Assembly (NCBI GenBank): GCA_946611635.1
Contig: CAMODW010000002.1
Location: 2,726-66,725 of the forward strand
Length of the DNA: 64,000 nt
From: an uncultured Bacillota bacterium
GTDB lineage: Bacteria > Bacillota_I > Bacilli_A > RF39 > UBA660
Reading direction: 5' to 3'
Below are positions 31,072-41,760 of the stretch, piece after piece. The stretch's first letter is position 1. The number at the start of each line of letters is the position of its first letter. The notes below the pieces were generated by a model. That model worked only from the letters and a program-made list of their open reading frames with translations, did no database searches and was not told the DNA's origin. A program made the translations under genes and the position numbers.

Positions 31072-31839
31072 TTAGGCCTTTCTTGATTCTATTTCTGCTA
31101 TTTTTTCAAATACTTCGGCTGCATTAGATTCGTTTATTTCTGTGTATCCTAGCTCTTTTAAAGCTTGTATTTTTACTGTGTTTAATTGTTGTGTGCGTGA
31201 TAGTTTTTCTTCTTTTTTTTGTTCTATTTCTTGTACGAATCTTCTATGTGTTTCAGTTAATCTTGATCTTGATGCTCCACCATTATGGTATAGATTTAAG
31301 GCTGAGTATAATATACCTTCGAATATAAATTGTTTTTCTTCGTTAAATTTGTATTCTTCTGGGTCGGTAAAACCTGTTGTTTTGCTCATATAACCGAAGA
31401 TATATTTTATTTCAGGAACATTATCTATTGATTGTAATAGATGGTATAAATATTGAAATGCATCGTAGTTTTCCCTATTTGATTCGTCACTAAGTTTTTC
31501 TTTTAATAAATATGTTATATCACTAAGTAACACTTGTGATTCTTTATTTAAGCCTTTTAAATCAAATGTTCCTTCTAGATCTCCTGTATTCTTTACTCCT
31601 TGATTTAAACGACCTTCTACGGCCATTAAATAATCAGTTGTTACTTTTATATCTTTTATCTCATTAGAATCACTTATATCTAATAATTTAAATAGTAATA
31701 GTTTTTTTTCTTTTGGCCATTTATTTATATCTTTTAGTTCTAAATAATTGTATACCATTTGTCTAGATACACCTAAATATTTAGCTAATCTTACTTTTGA
31801 TATTCCTAATTCTTGAAATAAATCATTTAATTTGTCCAT
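31072..31839 (-). CDS. XRE-family HTH transcriptional regulator with ~190-aa C-terminal domain of unknown function
   Basis: N-terminus LGISKVRLAKYLGVSRQMVYNYL is a canonical XRE helix-turn-helix. Confidence 0.6.
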   Translation of the reverse strand: MDKLNDLFQELGISKVRLAKYLGVSRQMVYNYLELKDINKWPKEKKLLLFKLLDISDSNEIKDIKVTTDYLMAVEGRLNQGVKNTGDLEGTFDLKGLNKESQVLLSDITYLLKEKLSDESNRENYDAFQYLYHLLQSIDNVPEIKYIFGYMSKTTGFTDPEEYKFNEEKQFIFEGILYSALNLYHNGGASRSRLTETHRRFVQEIEQKKEEKLSRTQQLNTVKIQALKELGYTEINESNAAEVFEKIAEIESRKA

Positions 31840-31917
31840 TGTTTACCAATTCCCTTCATACTTTTACATTTTTATTATATTATTATACACTTTTTATGTC
31901 AAGTAATTGGTATAAAT

Positions 31918-33423
31918 TTATTCTCTAGATGCTTTAATTGCCTTGTTTTTCCCCCACTCTCTTATTTTGTTTATTTTTTCTGGATAATTTTTACTTATTG
32001 ATACTACATTTGACAATGTATTAAGTAAATATTCTTCACTTATTTTTAGACTTGGGTTTGCGATGATTGTATAAGCTATATCTCTTAGAGTTGCTTCGAT
32101 GTCAGAACTTGAAAAACCTTCTGTAATTGTTACTAATTTGTCTATTAGATTAGGTCCTAGTTCTATTCTTAAATATTTTTTTGAATATATGTCTAATAAT
32201 TCTTTTCTTTCGTTTTTGTTTGGTAGGTCGACGAAGAATATTTCGTCGAATCTTCCTTTTCTTGTTAGTTCAGGAGGTAAATCTTCTATACTGTTGGCGG
32301 ATGCTACAACAAAGACTGGCTTTTCAAATTCTTGTAACCAGAATAAAAATTGACCTATCATTTTGGATGTTACACTACTTGAACTACTATCTTTTAAGCC
32401 TTTTTCTATTTCGTCTATCCATAGTACACAAGGGGACATATATTCTGCTTTATTAAGAGCTGCTTTTAATTGTCTTTCTGACTGACCTACATATTCTCCT
32501 TGTACTGTTGCTAAATCTAATCTATATAGAGGGTAATTAAATATTGAAGCAATTGCTTTGGCTGAATAACTTTTACCACAACCTGGTACTCCTGTTAGTA
32601 ATACTCCTCTTGGCTGTTTTATTCCTCTTGCTTTAAGTTCTTCGCTTCTTTGTGGATCTAATACTTCTTTCTTTTCAAATATCCAGTCTTTTAAGTTATC
32701 TAGACCGGCTATGTGCATATTTTCTGGTACATCAATATATTCTAGTCCGGCTATATCTGTAAATAGTATCTTTTTTATGTCTTTTAGTTCATTTAGATCT
32801 TCTTTTGTTATTATTCCTTTTGCTATATATGAAGCAATAATGTTTTTTACTTCCATTTCACTTAATCCTTGTAAATAGTTAGAAGCTATTTGGGTATCTT
32901 TTTCGTCCCATTCTATTTGTATTTGAGATTTATAATTTGCTATATATTTACTAATTATTTGGTATATTTCTTCTTGGCTAGGATATTCTAAAGGTAATGA
33001 GATACCTAATCTTAATAGATTATCCCATAACATATCGTTTGTTATTATAATTATAGTACTTGATGTCTGTTCACATCTTTCTACTACTTCGCATAAATAT
33101 CTAGATAACATATTGGAATCTGATACATCTGAAATATCTCCAAGTATATAATTGTTATTATCTTTAGTTTTTATATCTACAGCTATATAATCTAATGCTC
33201 CAGCAATAGTGTTTTCGTCTGTTATTTGAGCATTGTCTCTTAGGTTTATTATTCCTTCAGATAATTTAAATAGTTTAAATTCGTAGTTTATATCATTTTG
33301 AACTTCTTTTATTAATCGTAGTGCTCTATTTTTTTCGACTGTATCAATAATTATTAATGGTATTCGTGCTTTTAAATATCTTGTTAGATAATTTTTCAAT
33401 TCATCATATTTCATTTTTATCAC
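31918..33423 (-). CDS. AAA+ ATPase (classic clade, CDC48/FtsH-like module) with N-terminal pseudo-ATPase-like domain
   Basis: Walker A GVPGCGKS, the [10 protein letters not shown] (GESE-like) motif, Walker [10 protein letters not shown] and the sensor/Arg-finger region [21 protein letters not shown]. The N-terminal ~250 aa lack a P-loop. Confidence 0.75.
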   Translation of the reverse strand: MIKMKYDELKNYLTRYLKARIPLIIIDTVEKNRALRLIKEVQNDINYEFKLFKLSEGIINLRDNAQITDENTIAGALDYIAVDIKTKDNNNYILGDISDVSDSNMLSRYLCEVVERCEQTSSTIIIITNDMLWDNLLRLGISLPLEYPSQEEIYQIISKYIANYKSQIQIEWDEKDTQIASNYLQGLSEMEVKNIIASYIAKGIITKEDLNELKDIKKILFTDIAGLEYIDVPENMHIAGLDNLKDWIFEKKEVLDPQRSEELKARGIKQPRGVLLTGVPGCGKSYSAKAIASIFNYPLYRLDLATVQGEYVGQSERQLKAALNKAEYMSPCVLWIDEIEKGLKDSSSSSVTSKMIGQFLFWLQEFEKPVFVVASANSIEDLPPELTRKGRFDEIFFVDLPNKNERKELLDIYSKKYLRIELGPNLIDKLVTITEGFSSSDIEATLRDIAYTIIANPSLKISEEYLLNTLSNVVSISKNYPEKINKIREWGKNKAIKASRE

Positions 33424-33847
33424 CTTTATTTATCATTTTTTCAATCATTCTTTTGTACATTCCTGTTTTATCAATTTCTAATGATTTTTTTTCGAGTATA
33501 TTATAAATGTTGTTTATTTCTTCGTTAATAGTATTTATTAGTTTTATTTGTGTTTCTTGTTTTATTTGTTTTAAATGACATAATTCGAATATATAGTTTT
33601 TGTCTTTTTCTAGATTTTTAATACTTAATGTTAAAGAATTAGGGTTTTTAAATATTTCGTTTAAGTTATTTAGTATTCTCTTTATTGCTTTTGTTGTTTT
33701 TTCGGTTACTAATTCTATTAATTTTGGTTCTAACAATTCGTTTATATTACTATTTTGCATAGATTCTTTCATTTTGTTTAAGTAATCGATGTTTCTATTA
33801 TTATTTTTAACTAGTTCTATTAAATCTAACCATTCGTTATATGTCAT
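33404..33847 (-). CDS. hypothetical protein (147 aa), translationally coupled to the AAA+ ATPase
   Basis: 20-nt overlap with the downstream ATPase gene. No motif recognised. Confidence 0.4.
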   Translation of the reverse strand: MTYNEWLDLIELVKNNNRNIDYLNKMKESMQNSNINELLEPKLIELVTEKTTKAIKRILNNLNEIFKNPNSLTLSIKNLEKDKNYIFELCHLKQIKQETQIKLINTINEEINNIYNILEKKSLEIDKTGMYKRMIEKMINKGDKNEI

Positions 33848-34012
33848 TCAATGTTCCTTTGTATTTCTAATGGTGGTTCTATATTCCATGTTGGTAATGA
33901 TATTTTGTTATTTTCTTTTTGGGTATTATCTTGTATTTCTTCTATTTTATTATTTTGTTCTAATTCTTTAATATTAGTTTCGTCTATATATTTTATTTCT
34001 TCTGCCATATTA

Positions 34013-35671
34013 TCACCTTATTATATTTATTTTTCTTTCTTTTAATACTATTACGTTTTCTATTTTTAAGGAGTTTATTTTGTTTATTAAGTTATTATAA
34101 TTCTCTTTTTCACTTTGAATTTTGTTATAATAATCAGTACATTCTGCAAAGTTTTTTTCCATTATATTACTTATACTATTTATATATGACTTTTTTTGTT
34201 CTTCTTGATTTTTTTCTTTTTTATTAAGTTTTATAATAATAATAAAGTTTACTATTATTATTATTGCTAATGTTATTAAACTTACTATGGAATTATTATT
34301 TACTAATATTACGGCTATTAAACCTATTATATTTATTAAAATAAGTATTGCTATTAAAGATTTATCGCTGTCCTGATATTTATTATCAGCGCTTGCAATG
34401 ATGCTTTTTTTAATTTTATTATAATCTTTTCCGTCTCTTGTACTTGCATATATGTCATCGATATGGAAATTAATCTCGGTATCATTTATTTTATTATTAT
34501 TCTCTTCTAATGCTTTTAAGATATTTTCTTTTTGAAATATTAGAGCTGTTTTAATAGTATTATCACTTACATTATATTTTCCTGAATCAGTTATTATATT
34601 ATTAAATAAAGTAAGTATATCTGTTTTTTGACTAAAAATATTTTTTTCTTGATTATAAAGTCTTTCAGCTTCAGTTTTATTTCCGTTTGTTTGGATTAAT
34701 AATTCGTTTCTAAGATTGTCTAATTGATATTTTTTCTCATTTTCTTCATAATCATAAATGAGATTATATATTATTTTATTTAGGTTTTTCTCTTCTTTTT
34801 CTAAGTTAACTACATTATCTATATAATTGTTAAATTCTTGAAATGCACAATATATTGAAAGATTATTAATTATCACGTTTTTATTTAAAGCATAATCAGT
34901 TATATAATTAAATTTTGTATTATCTTTTTTACTATTATTTATTATTTGAGACCATTTATTAGTTACTTTTTCTTTTATATTTGTATTTATTTTTCCTATC
35001 CAAGTATTTATTTTTTCTAATATAATTTTTTCACCTTCAATACCTAGGTAACCTGAAGAAACTAAATCTAACACTGTCACAAATTCATTTTTAACTCCTG
35101 TTGGATCTTGATGGTTTAAATAATAGTTAAGCCAGTGCAAAGCGGTTTCTTTTCTATCTAATTCTAAATATAACATAATCATTAATAAACTTGTTTTTTC
35201 TGGGTCTTTTTCTAGTGCTTTTTGTAGTTCTAAATTAGAATCTTCTTTATTATTTAGTAACCAATATATAATTGATAATGTTGCATTAGCTAACCAATAA
35301 CGAGGGTTATTCATAGTTATGTTATTTCGCAAATCTATTAAGGTGTTTTTATCTAAGTTATTGTTCTTTATACAGTCTAATAAACTCTCTGTTTTTCTTC
35401 TTAATGAATCATAATATCCAAATTTTTTTTCTATTATACTATTATTGTATATTATATTTTGTCTAGCGTTATTAAGAATTGTGTTTACTCTTATTTCTTC
35501 TACAACATTGTTTATATCGTTATTAACTCCAGATACTTTACTTTCTACGTTATTAATTCTATTATTAACTTCAGTTATATGTTCTATTACTCCTCTTAGT
35601 TCGGTAGCTACACTTTGCATATTATTTTCTATAGTATTTAAGTTTGCTTGGGAGATTGTGAGTGCTTCCAT
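34013..35671 (-). CDS. hypothetical protein with coiled-coil N-terminus, TPR-like helices and one TM segment
   Basis: 552 aa. N/I-rich coiled coil, TPR-like RYWLANATLSIIYWLL...LEKDPEK region, and a hydrophobic segment near residue 450. Confidence 0.4.
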   Translation of the reverse strand: MEALTISQANLNTIENNMQSVATELRGVIEHITEVNNRINNVESKVSGVNNDINNVVEEIRVNTILNNARQNIIYNNSIIEKKFGYYDSLRRKTESLLDCIKNNNLDKNTLIDLRNNITMNNPRYWLANATLSIIYWLLNNKEDSNLELQKALEKDPEKTSLLMIMLYLELDRKETALHWLNYYLNHQDPTGVKNEFVTVLDLVSSGYLGIEGEKIILEKINTWIGKINTNIKEKVTNKWSQIINNSKKDNTKFNYITDYALNKNVIINNLSIYCAFQEFNNYIDNVVNLEKEEKNLNKIIYNLIYDYEENEKKYQLDNLRNELLIQTNGNKTEAERLYNQEKNIFSQKTDILTLFNNIITDSGKYNVSDNTIKTALIFQKENILKALEENNNKINDTEINFHIDDIYASTRDGKDYNKIKKSIIASADNKYQDSDKSLIAILILINIIGLIAVILVNNNSIVSLITLAIIIIVNFIIIIKLNKKEKNQEEQKKSYINSISNIMEKNFAECTDYYNKIQSEKENYNNLINKINSLKIENVIVLKERKINIIR

Positions 35672-35783
35672 CTACTTTCACCTCTATTATAAATTATATC
35701 AAATTATATAAACCTTTTCTACTTTATTATGTTTACTATTGTTAGTTTTTATGATAATATTATTTGTAGTTTGAGGTGAAATA

Positions 35784-36023
35784 ATGGCAAAAAGTGAGAA
35801 GTTTAAGGCTTTAAGTAATGAAGAGTTGGAATTACTTTCTAATGAGGAAAAAAAAGAGTATAAGATTAGACTTAAAGAATACAAAAAGAGCTTAAAGCCA
35901 AAAAGAAGTAAATATGCTAAACGTATGGGTGTTTTGAAGGTATCAGCTATTATTATGGCTATTGTTATGATTTTAGGTGTTATTGCTTCTTTAGTATATC
36001 CTTTGTTATATTTAAAAAAATAA
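35784..36023 (+). CDS. small Lys-rich protein with C-terminal TM helix (79 aa)
   Basis: AGGTGA ribosome-binding site. Sits alone on the plus strand between minus-strand genes. Confidence 0.35.
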   Translation: MAKSEKFKALSNEELELLSNEEKKEYKIRLKEYKKSLKPKRSKYAKRMGVLKVSAIIMAIVMILGVIASLVYPLLYLKK

Positions 36024-36049
36024 AAAAGTATAATTTATAATTATACTTT

Positions 36050-36487
36050 TTATTTATGCTTTTTTAATTCGTCTCTTATTTCTTCTAATAATTTAACTTC
36101 TTCGCTTTTTGCTGGAGTTTCTTCTTTTTTAGTTTCTTCTTTTTTCTTCATGAATTTATTTATAATTTTAATCATTACAAAGATACATAATGCTGTAATT
36201 AAGAAATCTACTACGTTTTGGATAAACATACCGTATCTTATATTTACTATTCTGCCATATAGATTTACTTTTATTGCTAAACTAGTAAAATCTAAGTTAC
36301 CGATTAGTACACCTATAATTGGCATTAAAATGTTATCAGTTAAACTTGTTACTATTTTTGAAAAAGCTCCACCTATAATAACACCTACTGCTAAATCCAT
36401 TACGTTTCCTTTAGCGATAAATTCTTTAAATTCATCTATGAATCCTTTACCTTTTCCAGCTACTGCTTTTAGACTTTCTTTTGCCAT
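36050..36487 (-). CDS. mscL: large-conductance mechanosensitive channel (MscL)
   Basis: [32 protein letters not shown] is the MscL signature. 145 aa. Confidence 0.9.
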   Translation of the reverse strand: MAKESLKAVAGKGKGFIDEFKEFIAKGNVMDLAVGVIIGGAFSKIVTSLTDNILMPIIGVLIGNLDFTSLAIKVNLYGRIVNIRYGMFIQNVVDFLITALCIFVMIKIINKFMKKKEETKKEETPAKSEEVKLLEEIRDELKKHK

Positions 36488-36501
36488 TTTTATTTTCCTC
36501 C

Positions 36502-37131
36502 TTATTTGACATAGTCGACATTATTTCTTTTTATTTCGGCAAATGTCTCATCTAAATGAATATATGTTTTATAATACAAGAATTTTGTTTCTTTGTCCAT
36601 ATCTTTGTCTATTATTATGCCATCAAAGTTATCTAATTCTTCGGCTTTGTTATTTAGATATCTTTCTTCTATAAATGCATCTACGACTTTTATTAATTGT
36701 TTTTGGTTTGCATATAAGAAGTCATAAGCAACGTATGTATCTCCAATGGCAGCAAAAGCGACTCTTTCTATCATTTCATGAGCACTTATGTTGATTCTGC
36801 TTGCTCTTTTTCTGTCGATAAGGAAGTCTTCGTCGGTTATTGTAAAATTTTGACCCCGTAATCCAAAACTTTGTAAACAATATTTAATTAATATTTGGGC
36901 TAAATCGTCATCTTGAAGTAACATAGCTTTTTTTCTTGCATTTTTGTTTTTTGATATATATATGTATTTATTGCTATCAGGAGTTCTTCCTTTAAATATT
37001 GTGTCATCATTAAAGAGTACATATTTTATTGCACCAATTGCATTTACGTATCCTTGAGATTCTTTAGTTGCGTAAAAAATATCATCTAAATCTTTTGTAT
37101 GATCTGTAGCATAATCCATTATTATCACCAT
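36502..37131 (-). CDS. hypothetical protein (209 aa)
   Basis: Intact ORF with no recognised domain. Confidence 0.4.
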   Translation of the reverse strand: MVIIMDYATDHTKDLDDIFYATKESQGYVNAIGAIKYVLFNDDTIFKGRTPDSNKYIYISKNKNARKKAMLLQDDDLAQILIKYCLQSFGLRGQNFTITDEDFLIDRKRASRINISAHEMIERVAFAAIGDTYVAYDFLYANQKQLIKVVDAFIEERYLNNKAEELDNFDGIIIDKDMDKETKFLYYKTYIHLDETFAEIKRNNVDYVK

Positions 37132-37202
37132 ATATTCTATTATGTACTTATTATAACATAAAATAATGCTATAAGAATTTTTTTTATAAAAAAAATAGCT
37201 TT

Positions 37203-37505
37203 TTAGCTATTTTTTGTTTCGTAATAGTTATTTATTATTCTTTTTATATTTTTGCTATCTCTCATAGTTTTTAGAATTGATGCATCTGATAAAGCTTCTA
37301 ATAGTTCTTCGTTATATACTTCTTTAACAAATGGTTCGTTGTTTTCTATAATTTCTTCGAAGTATGTTATATCATCCATGTCTATGTCTTCTTCATCTTT
37401 TGTTACACCGATTGCTAGGAAATAGACTTTTTTGTTTGATGTTACTTTACTTAGAAGGAGATATTTTTCATCGTAATCTAGTGTTATTATGTCACCTACT
37501 TGCAT
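37203..37505 (-). CDS. DUF1292-like small acidic protein
   Basis: About 100 aa and acidic, with the IITLDYDE...YFLAIGV pattern seen in the Firmicutes UPF0473/DUF1292 family. Weak call. Confidence 0.35.
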   Translation of the reverse strand: MQVGDIITLDYDEKYLLLSKVTSNKKVYFLAIGVTKDEEDIDMDDITYFEEIIENNEPFVKEVYNEELLEALSDASILKTMRDSKNIKRIINNYYETKNS

Positions 37506-39745
37506 TAGTATTTACTCCTTCCACTTTTTATTGCTTCTATTTTTTTGTCAAATTCGTCTTTATTTATTCCACTGTATCTGTCAATTTGTGCTTCTCCATC
37601 TGTCCATAGGCTATCAAATACTGGATCCGCTTTATATGCTGCTCTTTCACTTTCTAGGTTTTGTTTTTCATCTTCCCAGTCTGCTTGAACACTTTTTTTC
37701 ATTCTTTTATAATTTTCTAGGAATATTCTATAATTTGCTTCATAATAAGCAATATGTGCTTTTATTAATTTTTTATATAATTCGATTTTGTCTCTATCTC
37801 TAGTTGGATCTAATCCAGCAATTGCTCTTTTGTATTTTTCTGCTTCTTCTAATCCTTTTCTTGAATATACTATAGTTTCTCTTGCTTCTCTTAATTCTTT
37901 ATACGTTTTATGTATTCTTATTATTTTGTCTATTAATACTTGAGCCAATGTTACTACTCCTGCTCCTGTTGCTGCTATAGGAATTGCACTTGATGAAAAT
38001 CCTATTGCTAATGAATATACACCTATTCCAAGTCCTGCGATTATTGCATTAATTTTTAGTCTTTGAAAAGCTCCTTTTATAACATTATCAACGTATGTAC
38101 CATGATCTCCATTTTCTGCTACAGACATTGGCTCTAATCTCATTGACATGCCTATATCTCTCATTGTTCGTGTTATTGTATTTGCATCAAATAGTTTTTG
38201 TATTAATTTACCTGGAGCTTTTGTAATTTTTTTAACTAGTCTTTCATTTTTTCTATAATATTGGTAATCTCCGTATACTCCTGAATAGTATCTTGAATAT
38301 ACGCTTTCATTATTTTCATCTATGCTTGGTGTTGTGCCCTTCCATTTAAACATTTCATGAGGGTATTTTTTTCTTCCTCTTTTGTAATTATAGTCTGCTG
38401 TAAAGAATAATTCCGGAAATAATTCTCTATATTTTTTCTTTAATTCAACTTCGTATTCTTCTATTGCTTGAATATTGTTTGGATCTGTTGGTGGAGCTGC
38501 TGGTTTTACGATGGGCACAAAATTTTTGAAAGTTCCTAAGAAGTCAAAGTTTACGTCTTTTTTTACTAATTCTTTTGCTATTTTCATAAATTCATCTAGT
38601 TTAGCTGTTGGAACATATCCGCCTATTAGTTCTGTAAATTCACTTGGGTTTGTGTATGCGCTTTCGTTAAAATTTAATATATCTCTTATTTTTTTTAGCA
38701 GGTCTAATGAGAGATTCTGTGTACCCATATTATTCCCATTCGATTGTATTTTATTTATTGTTATATTTAGATTTTCAACAATTGATCTATTTCTTTCTTT
38801 TATTTTTCTAACTGTTAAGCTGTTTGTTGGTGCATTTATAACGGTTATATTGTTTCTAGCTTTGTTTCCGAATACATTATTTAATTTATCTTTTATTCTA
38901 TTGTAAGTTTCATTTTTAACTATTATAGTATATTTCTCGGTTATATGTCCGATAATGAATTTTCCTGGTATTTCTAATTTTGTATTACCTGCTTCTATAG
39001 TTTGATCAGTTGTATCGTTATTAAGTTCGGTAATTATTTCGTCAATTGTAGTTTGGTCTACGTTGTTTACGCAATAAGCTGTAGAAGCATTGCTTTTTAT
39101 TTCATTTAATAAATTTAATAAATGAGTCTTGTTCTTGTCTATTGTTGTTGAAGGAGTTATTCTTGTTATTTGATCTTCGTAGAATTCTTGATAATACTCT
39201 TTTATGCTTTTTTTGGCTGCTGGAGTGTCAGGATTATAAATAATTATTGCTTTATCGCTCTCTGGTGTCTCTTCGTGAGGGTATTTTTTTCTTATTTGAT
39301 CTATTATTGGGCTTGTGGCATCAATTATTATTTGTTTGGGCTTTAAAGCATCAGGATACGTTCTATCGAGATAATCTTCATAATCGTCGATACTCTCTAG
39401 TGTTGGACTTGTTTTTCTAGGACGTATTACTATTATTTTTTTAGTTAGAAACTTTATTAAAACTTCTTTTATACCTTTCCATTGCCCCTCTTTTATATTA
39501 TCAAGTTTAATGTTGTTTTTGTCTGCATCAGAGATTTTTAGTTCTTCAAAAATCTTTTTGCTTTCCATAATTGGTCTTATACAACTTTCATCTATAACTC
39601 TGCCAGTATCGTATTTTGATCCACTTTCTAATACTTTTACTACTTCTTCATACATTTTTTTGGTTTTTAGCTGTTCGTTTGTTGTAAGAGCTCCACTATA
39701 CTTGTTTCTTAATTCATCTTTTAGAAAGTCTATTAGTCTATTCAT
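37505..39745 (-). CDS. large hypothetical protein (746 aa) with central 2-TM hairpin and C-terminal coiled coil
   Basis: Hydrophobic pair GLGIGVYSLAIGF / IPIAATGAGVVTLAQVLI near residue 560, followed by a charged helical region. Confidence 0.45.
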   Translation of the reverse strand: MNRLIDFLKDELRNKYSGALTTNEQLKTKKMYEEVVKVLESGSKYDTGRVIDESCIRPIMESKKIFEELKISDADKNNIKLDNIKEGQWKGIKEVLIKFLTKKIIVIRPRKTSPTLESIDDYEDYLDRTYPDALKPKQIIIDATSPIIDQIRKKYPHEETPESDKAIIIYNPDTPAAKKSIKEYYQEFYEDQITRITPSTTIDKNKTHLLNLLNEIKSNASTAYCVNNVDQTTIDEIITELNNDTTDQTIEAGNTKLEIPGKFIIGHITEKYTIIVKNETYNRIKDKLNNVFGNKARNNITVINAPTNSLTVRKIKERNRSIVENLNITINKIQSNGNNMGTQNLSLDLLKKIRDILNFNESAYTNPSEFTELIGGYVPTAKLDEFMKIAKELVKKDVNFDFLGTFKNFVPIVKPAAPPTDPNNIQAIEEYEVELKKKYRELFPELFFTADYNYKRGRKKYPHEMFKWKGTTPSIDENNESVYSRYYSGVYGDYQYYRKNERLVKKITKAPGKLIQKLFDANTITRTMRDIGMSMRLEPMSVAENGDHGTYVDNVIKGAFQRLKINAIIAGLGIGVYSLAIGFSSSAIPIAATGAGVVTLAQVLIDKIIRIHKTYKELREARETIVYSRKGLEEAEKYKRAIAGLDPTRDRDKIELYKKLIKAHIAYYEANYRIFLENYKRMKKSVQADWEDEKQNLESERAAYKADPVFDSLWTDGEAQIDRYSGINKDEFDKKIEAIKSGRSKY

Positions 39746-39777
39746 ATTGATCCCCTCTTTTTGTATTATATCATTTT

Positions 39778-41130
39778 TTATTTATTTATCAATGTTTGCC
39801 CTTTTACCCAATTATATTCTTTGTTAGGTAATAATTTTGAAAATTTATCTTCTGCTTCTTTAGTAAATGAATATTTTTTTCCTTTTATTTTTAATATACA
39901 ATAGTTATCTTCTATTTTATAATAATCTACATCTGCAATTTTTACAGATAAATAGATGACGTCAAAGTAGATTAAATTTAAAAATAAATGAAAGTATCCT
40001 TTGTTATTCCAAGTTAGGAATTCTGCTCCTTCATCACTATATATTTTTTGAACTTCTTTAGGTATATTTAATGCTAGTTTAAGTTCTGTGAATTTATCTT
40101 GACAATCTTTGTTGTTATTTAAATATAAAATATAATCTTTATCGTTTTTCATAGTGTTATTTTTTATTTGTAGGTATTTTAGTAAATAATGATTTATTCC
40201 TATAAGAATAATAACATAAAATATAGATAACCATAATTTATAATCTATATATAGATTTAATAATAATATTATAATTATTTCTAGAATAATTAATAATATT
40301 GCTTTGGACTTATTTTTCGCTTTTATTTTATTATTTTCATTATTTTTTATTATATCTTTATTTTTTATTCTACTCATATATCTTTTGAAATCATTTATAT
40401 ATTCTTCTTTTTTTGTTACGTTTTCGCTAGCAATGCTTTTATTTGGTATTAAATTCTTAAATACTGTTTCATTTTCTTTTTCATAATACCATTCGTCCAT
40501 ATCTGTTTTTAATATAATTCTATTATTATTTTTATCTAATCTATAGTATCTTATATTATCATATTTTAATTTTGTTAATGCTGGTAAGTCTTTTAAATTA
40601 TTATTGATTATATATAATTCGTTATTTTGTTCGTTATTTCTTATAATATAAGTTCTACCTTTTAAATCTTTTAAATTATAGGTATTTTCTTTTGTAAAAT
40701 TATTTGTACTAATTAGGTTTTGAAGAACTTCTTTATAATATCCATTTTCTCCTGTTATAAATTTTTTTATATTTTTTTCATATTGGTTTATCGATAGGAA
40801 CCCCATCTTTCTAATTTCTAATTCATAATTAGATTCATATATATTATATTGTTTTTTGATAGTTGAGATGAATATATTACTTATTAATAAGAATAATAGT
40901 GTAATTATTGTACTTTTTAAAGTGAATTGACCAAATGTACATAAGAAGATTGATATTATTATTGGAGCTAGATTAATGATAAAAAGGCTTTTGTTAAATA
41001 CGTTATTTACTAATCCTTGTTTTACTTTATTCTTATAATAATCTTCTCTTAAAGGTTTTATTATGTTTTCGTAAGTATTAATAAATCTCTCTTTGTTACT
41101 CATACTATCACCTATCATATATTTTATCAT
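39778..41130 (-). CDS. hypothetical membrane protein (450 aa)
   Basis: TM segments near the N-terminus and in the middle. N/K-rich. Confidence 0.4.
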   Translation of the reverse strand: MIKYMIGDSMSNKERFINTYENIIKPLREDYYKNKVKQGLVNNVFNKSLFIINLAPIIISIFLCTFGQFTLKSTIITLLFLLISNIFISTIKKQYNIYESNYELEIRKMGFLSINQYEKNIKKFITGENGYYKEVLQNLISTNNFTKENTYNLKDLKGRTYIIRNNEQNNELYIINNNLKDLPALTKLKYDNIRYYRLDKNNNRIILKTDMDEWYYEKENETVFKNLIPNKSIASENVTKKEEYINDFKRYMSRIKNKDIIKNNENNKIKAKNKSKAILLIILEIIIILLLNLYIDYKLWLSIFYVIILIGINHYLLKYLQIKNNTMKNDKDYILYLNNNKDCQDKFTELKLALNIPKEVQKIYSDEGAEFLTWNNKGYFHLFLNLIYFDVIYLSVKIADVDYYKIEDNYCILKIKGKKYSFTKEAEDKFSKLLPNKEYNWVKGQTLINK

Positions 41131-41151
41131 ATAATCAATAAAAAAAGAGAA

Positions 41152-41751
41152 TTATTTTCTCTCTTTTTCTACTCTTATTACTTTTGTTTTGCTTATTAAA
41201 TCATGAATTCCTCTTTCATCTTGTCTAAAGAGAATTGTTCCTATTATTAATATTGATATTATTGAATTTAAATTTGATGTTAAATTATTTATTTTTAAAT
41301 AGGTATTCATTCCTGTTGTTAGTAGTGCTATTAAATCTATAACTCTTATTGGAATAACTAACAATACTATTTCTCTAAGGACAAATAATCCAGCCTCTAG
41401 TTTTTCTCCTTCTAATGATACTATTTTTATTTTTAAAAGTTTTTTACCTAACGTCTGACCATTTAGGAAGAATTGTATAAATATAAAATATATTATTTCC
41501 GTCGTTATAACGAATATTGTTTGAGTTGTACCAAGTTTTATATAGTTATAACTAATTTCATTTACATTATCTACCATTTTATTTCTGTCTTTTGTTTCTT
41601 TAGTTATATTTGTTATGCTATTAATATAATCTTCGGTTGCTTCTGTATATTTTTGATAATCATTTCTAAATACTATCATAAATATAAGACTTGATATTAT
41701 ATAAATAATTAGCATATCTAGAATATAAGCAATTAATCTTTTATACTTCAT
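41152..41751 (-). CDS. RDD family membrane protein
   Basis: N-terminus RLIAYILDMLII, central GQTLGKKLLKIKIV and C-terminal RGIHDLISKTKVI match the conserved blocks of the RDD family. Confidence 0.6.
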   Translation of the reverse strand: MKYKRLIAYILDMLIIYIISSLIFMIVFRNDYQKYTEATEDYINSITNITKETKDRNKMVDNVNEISYNYIKLGTTQTIFVITTEIIYFIFIQFFLNGQTLGKKLLKIKIVSLEGEKLEAGLFVLREIVLLVIPIRVIDLIALLTTGMNTYLKINNLTSNLNSIISILIIGTILFRQDERGIHDLISKTKVIRVEKERK

Positions 41752-41760
41752 TTGGGCCTC

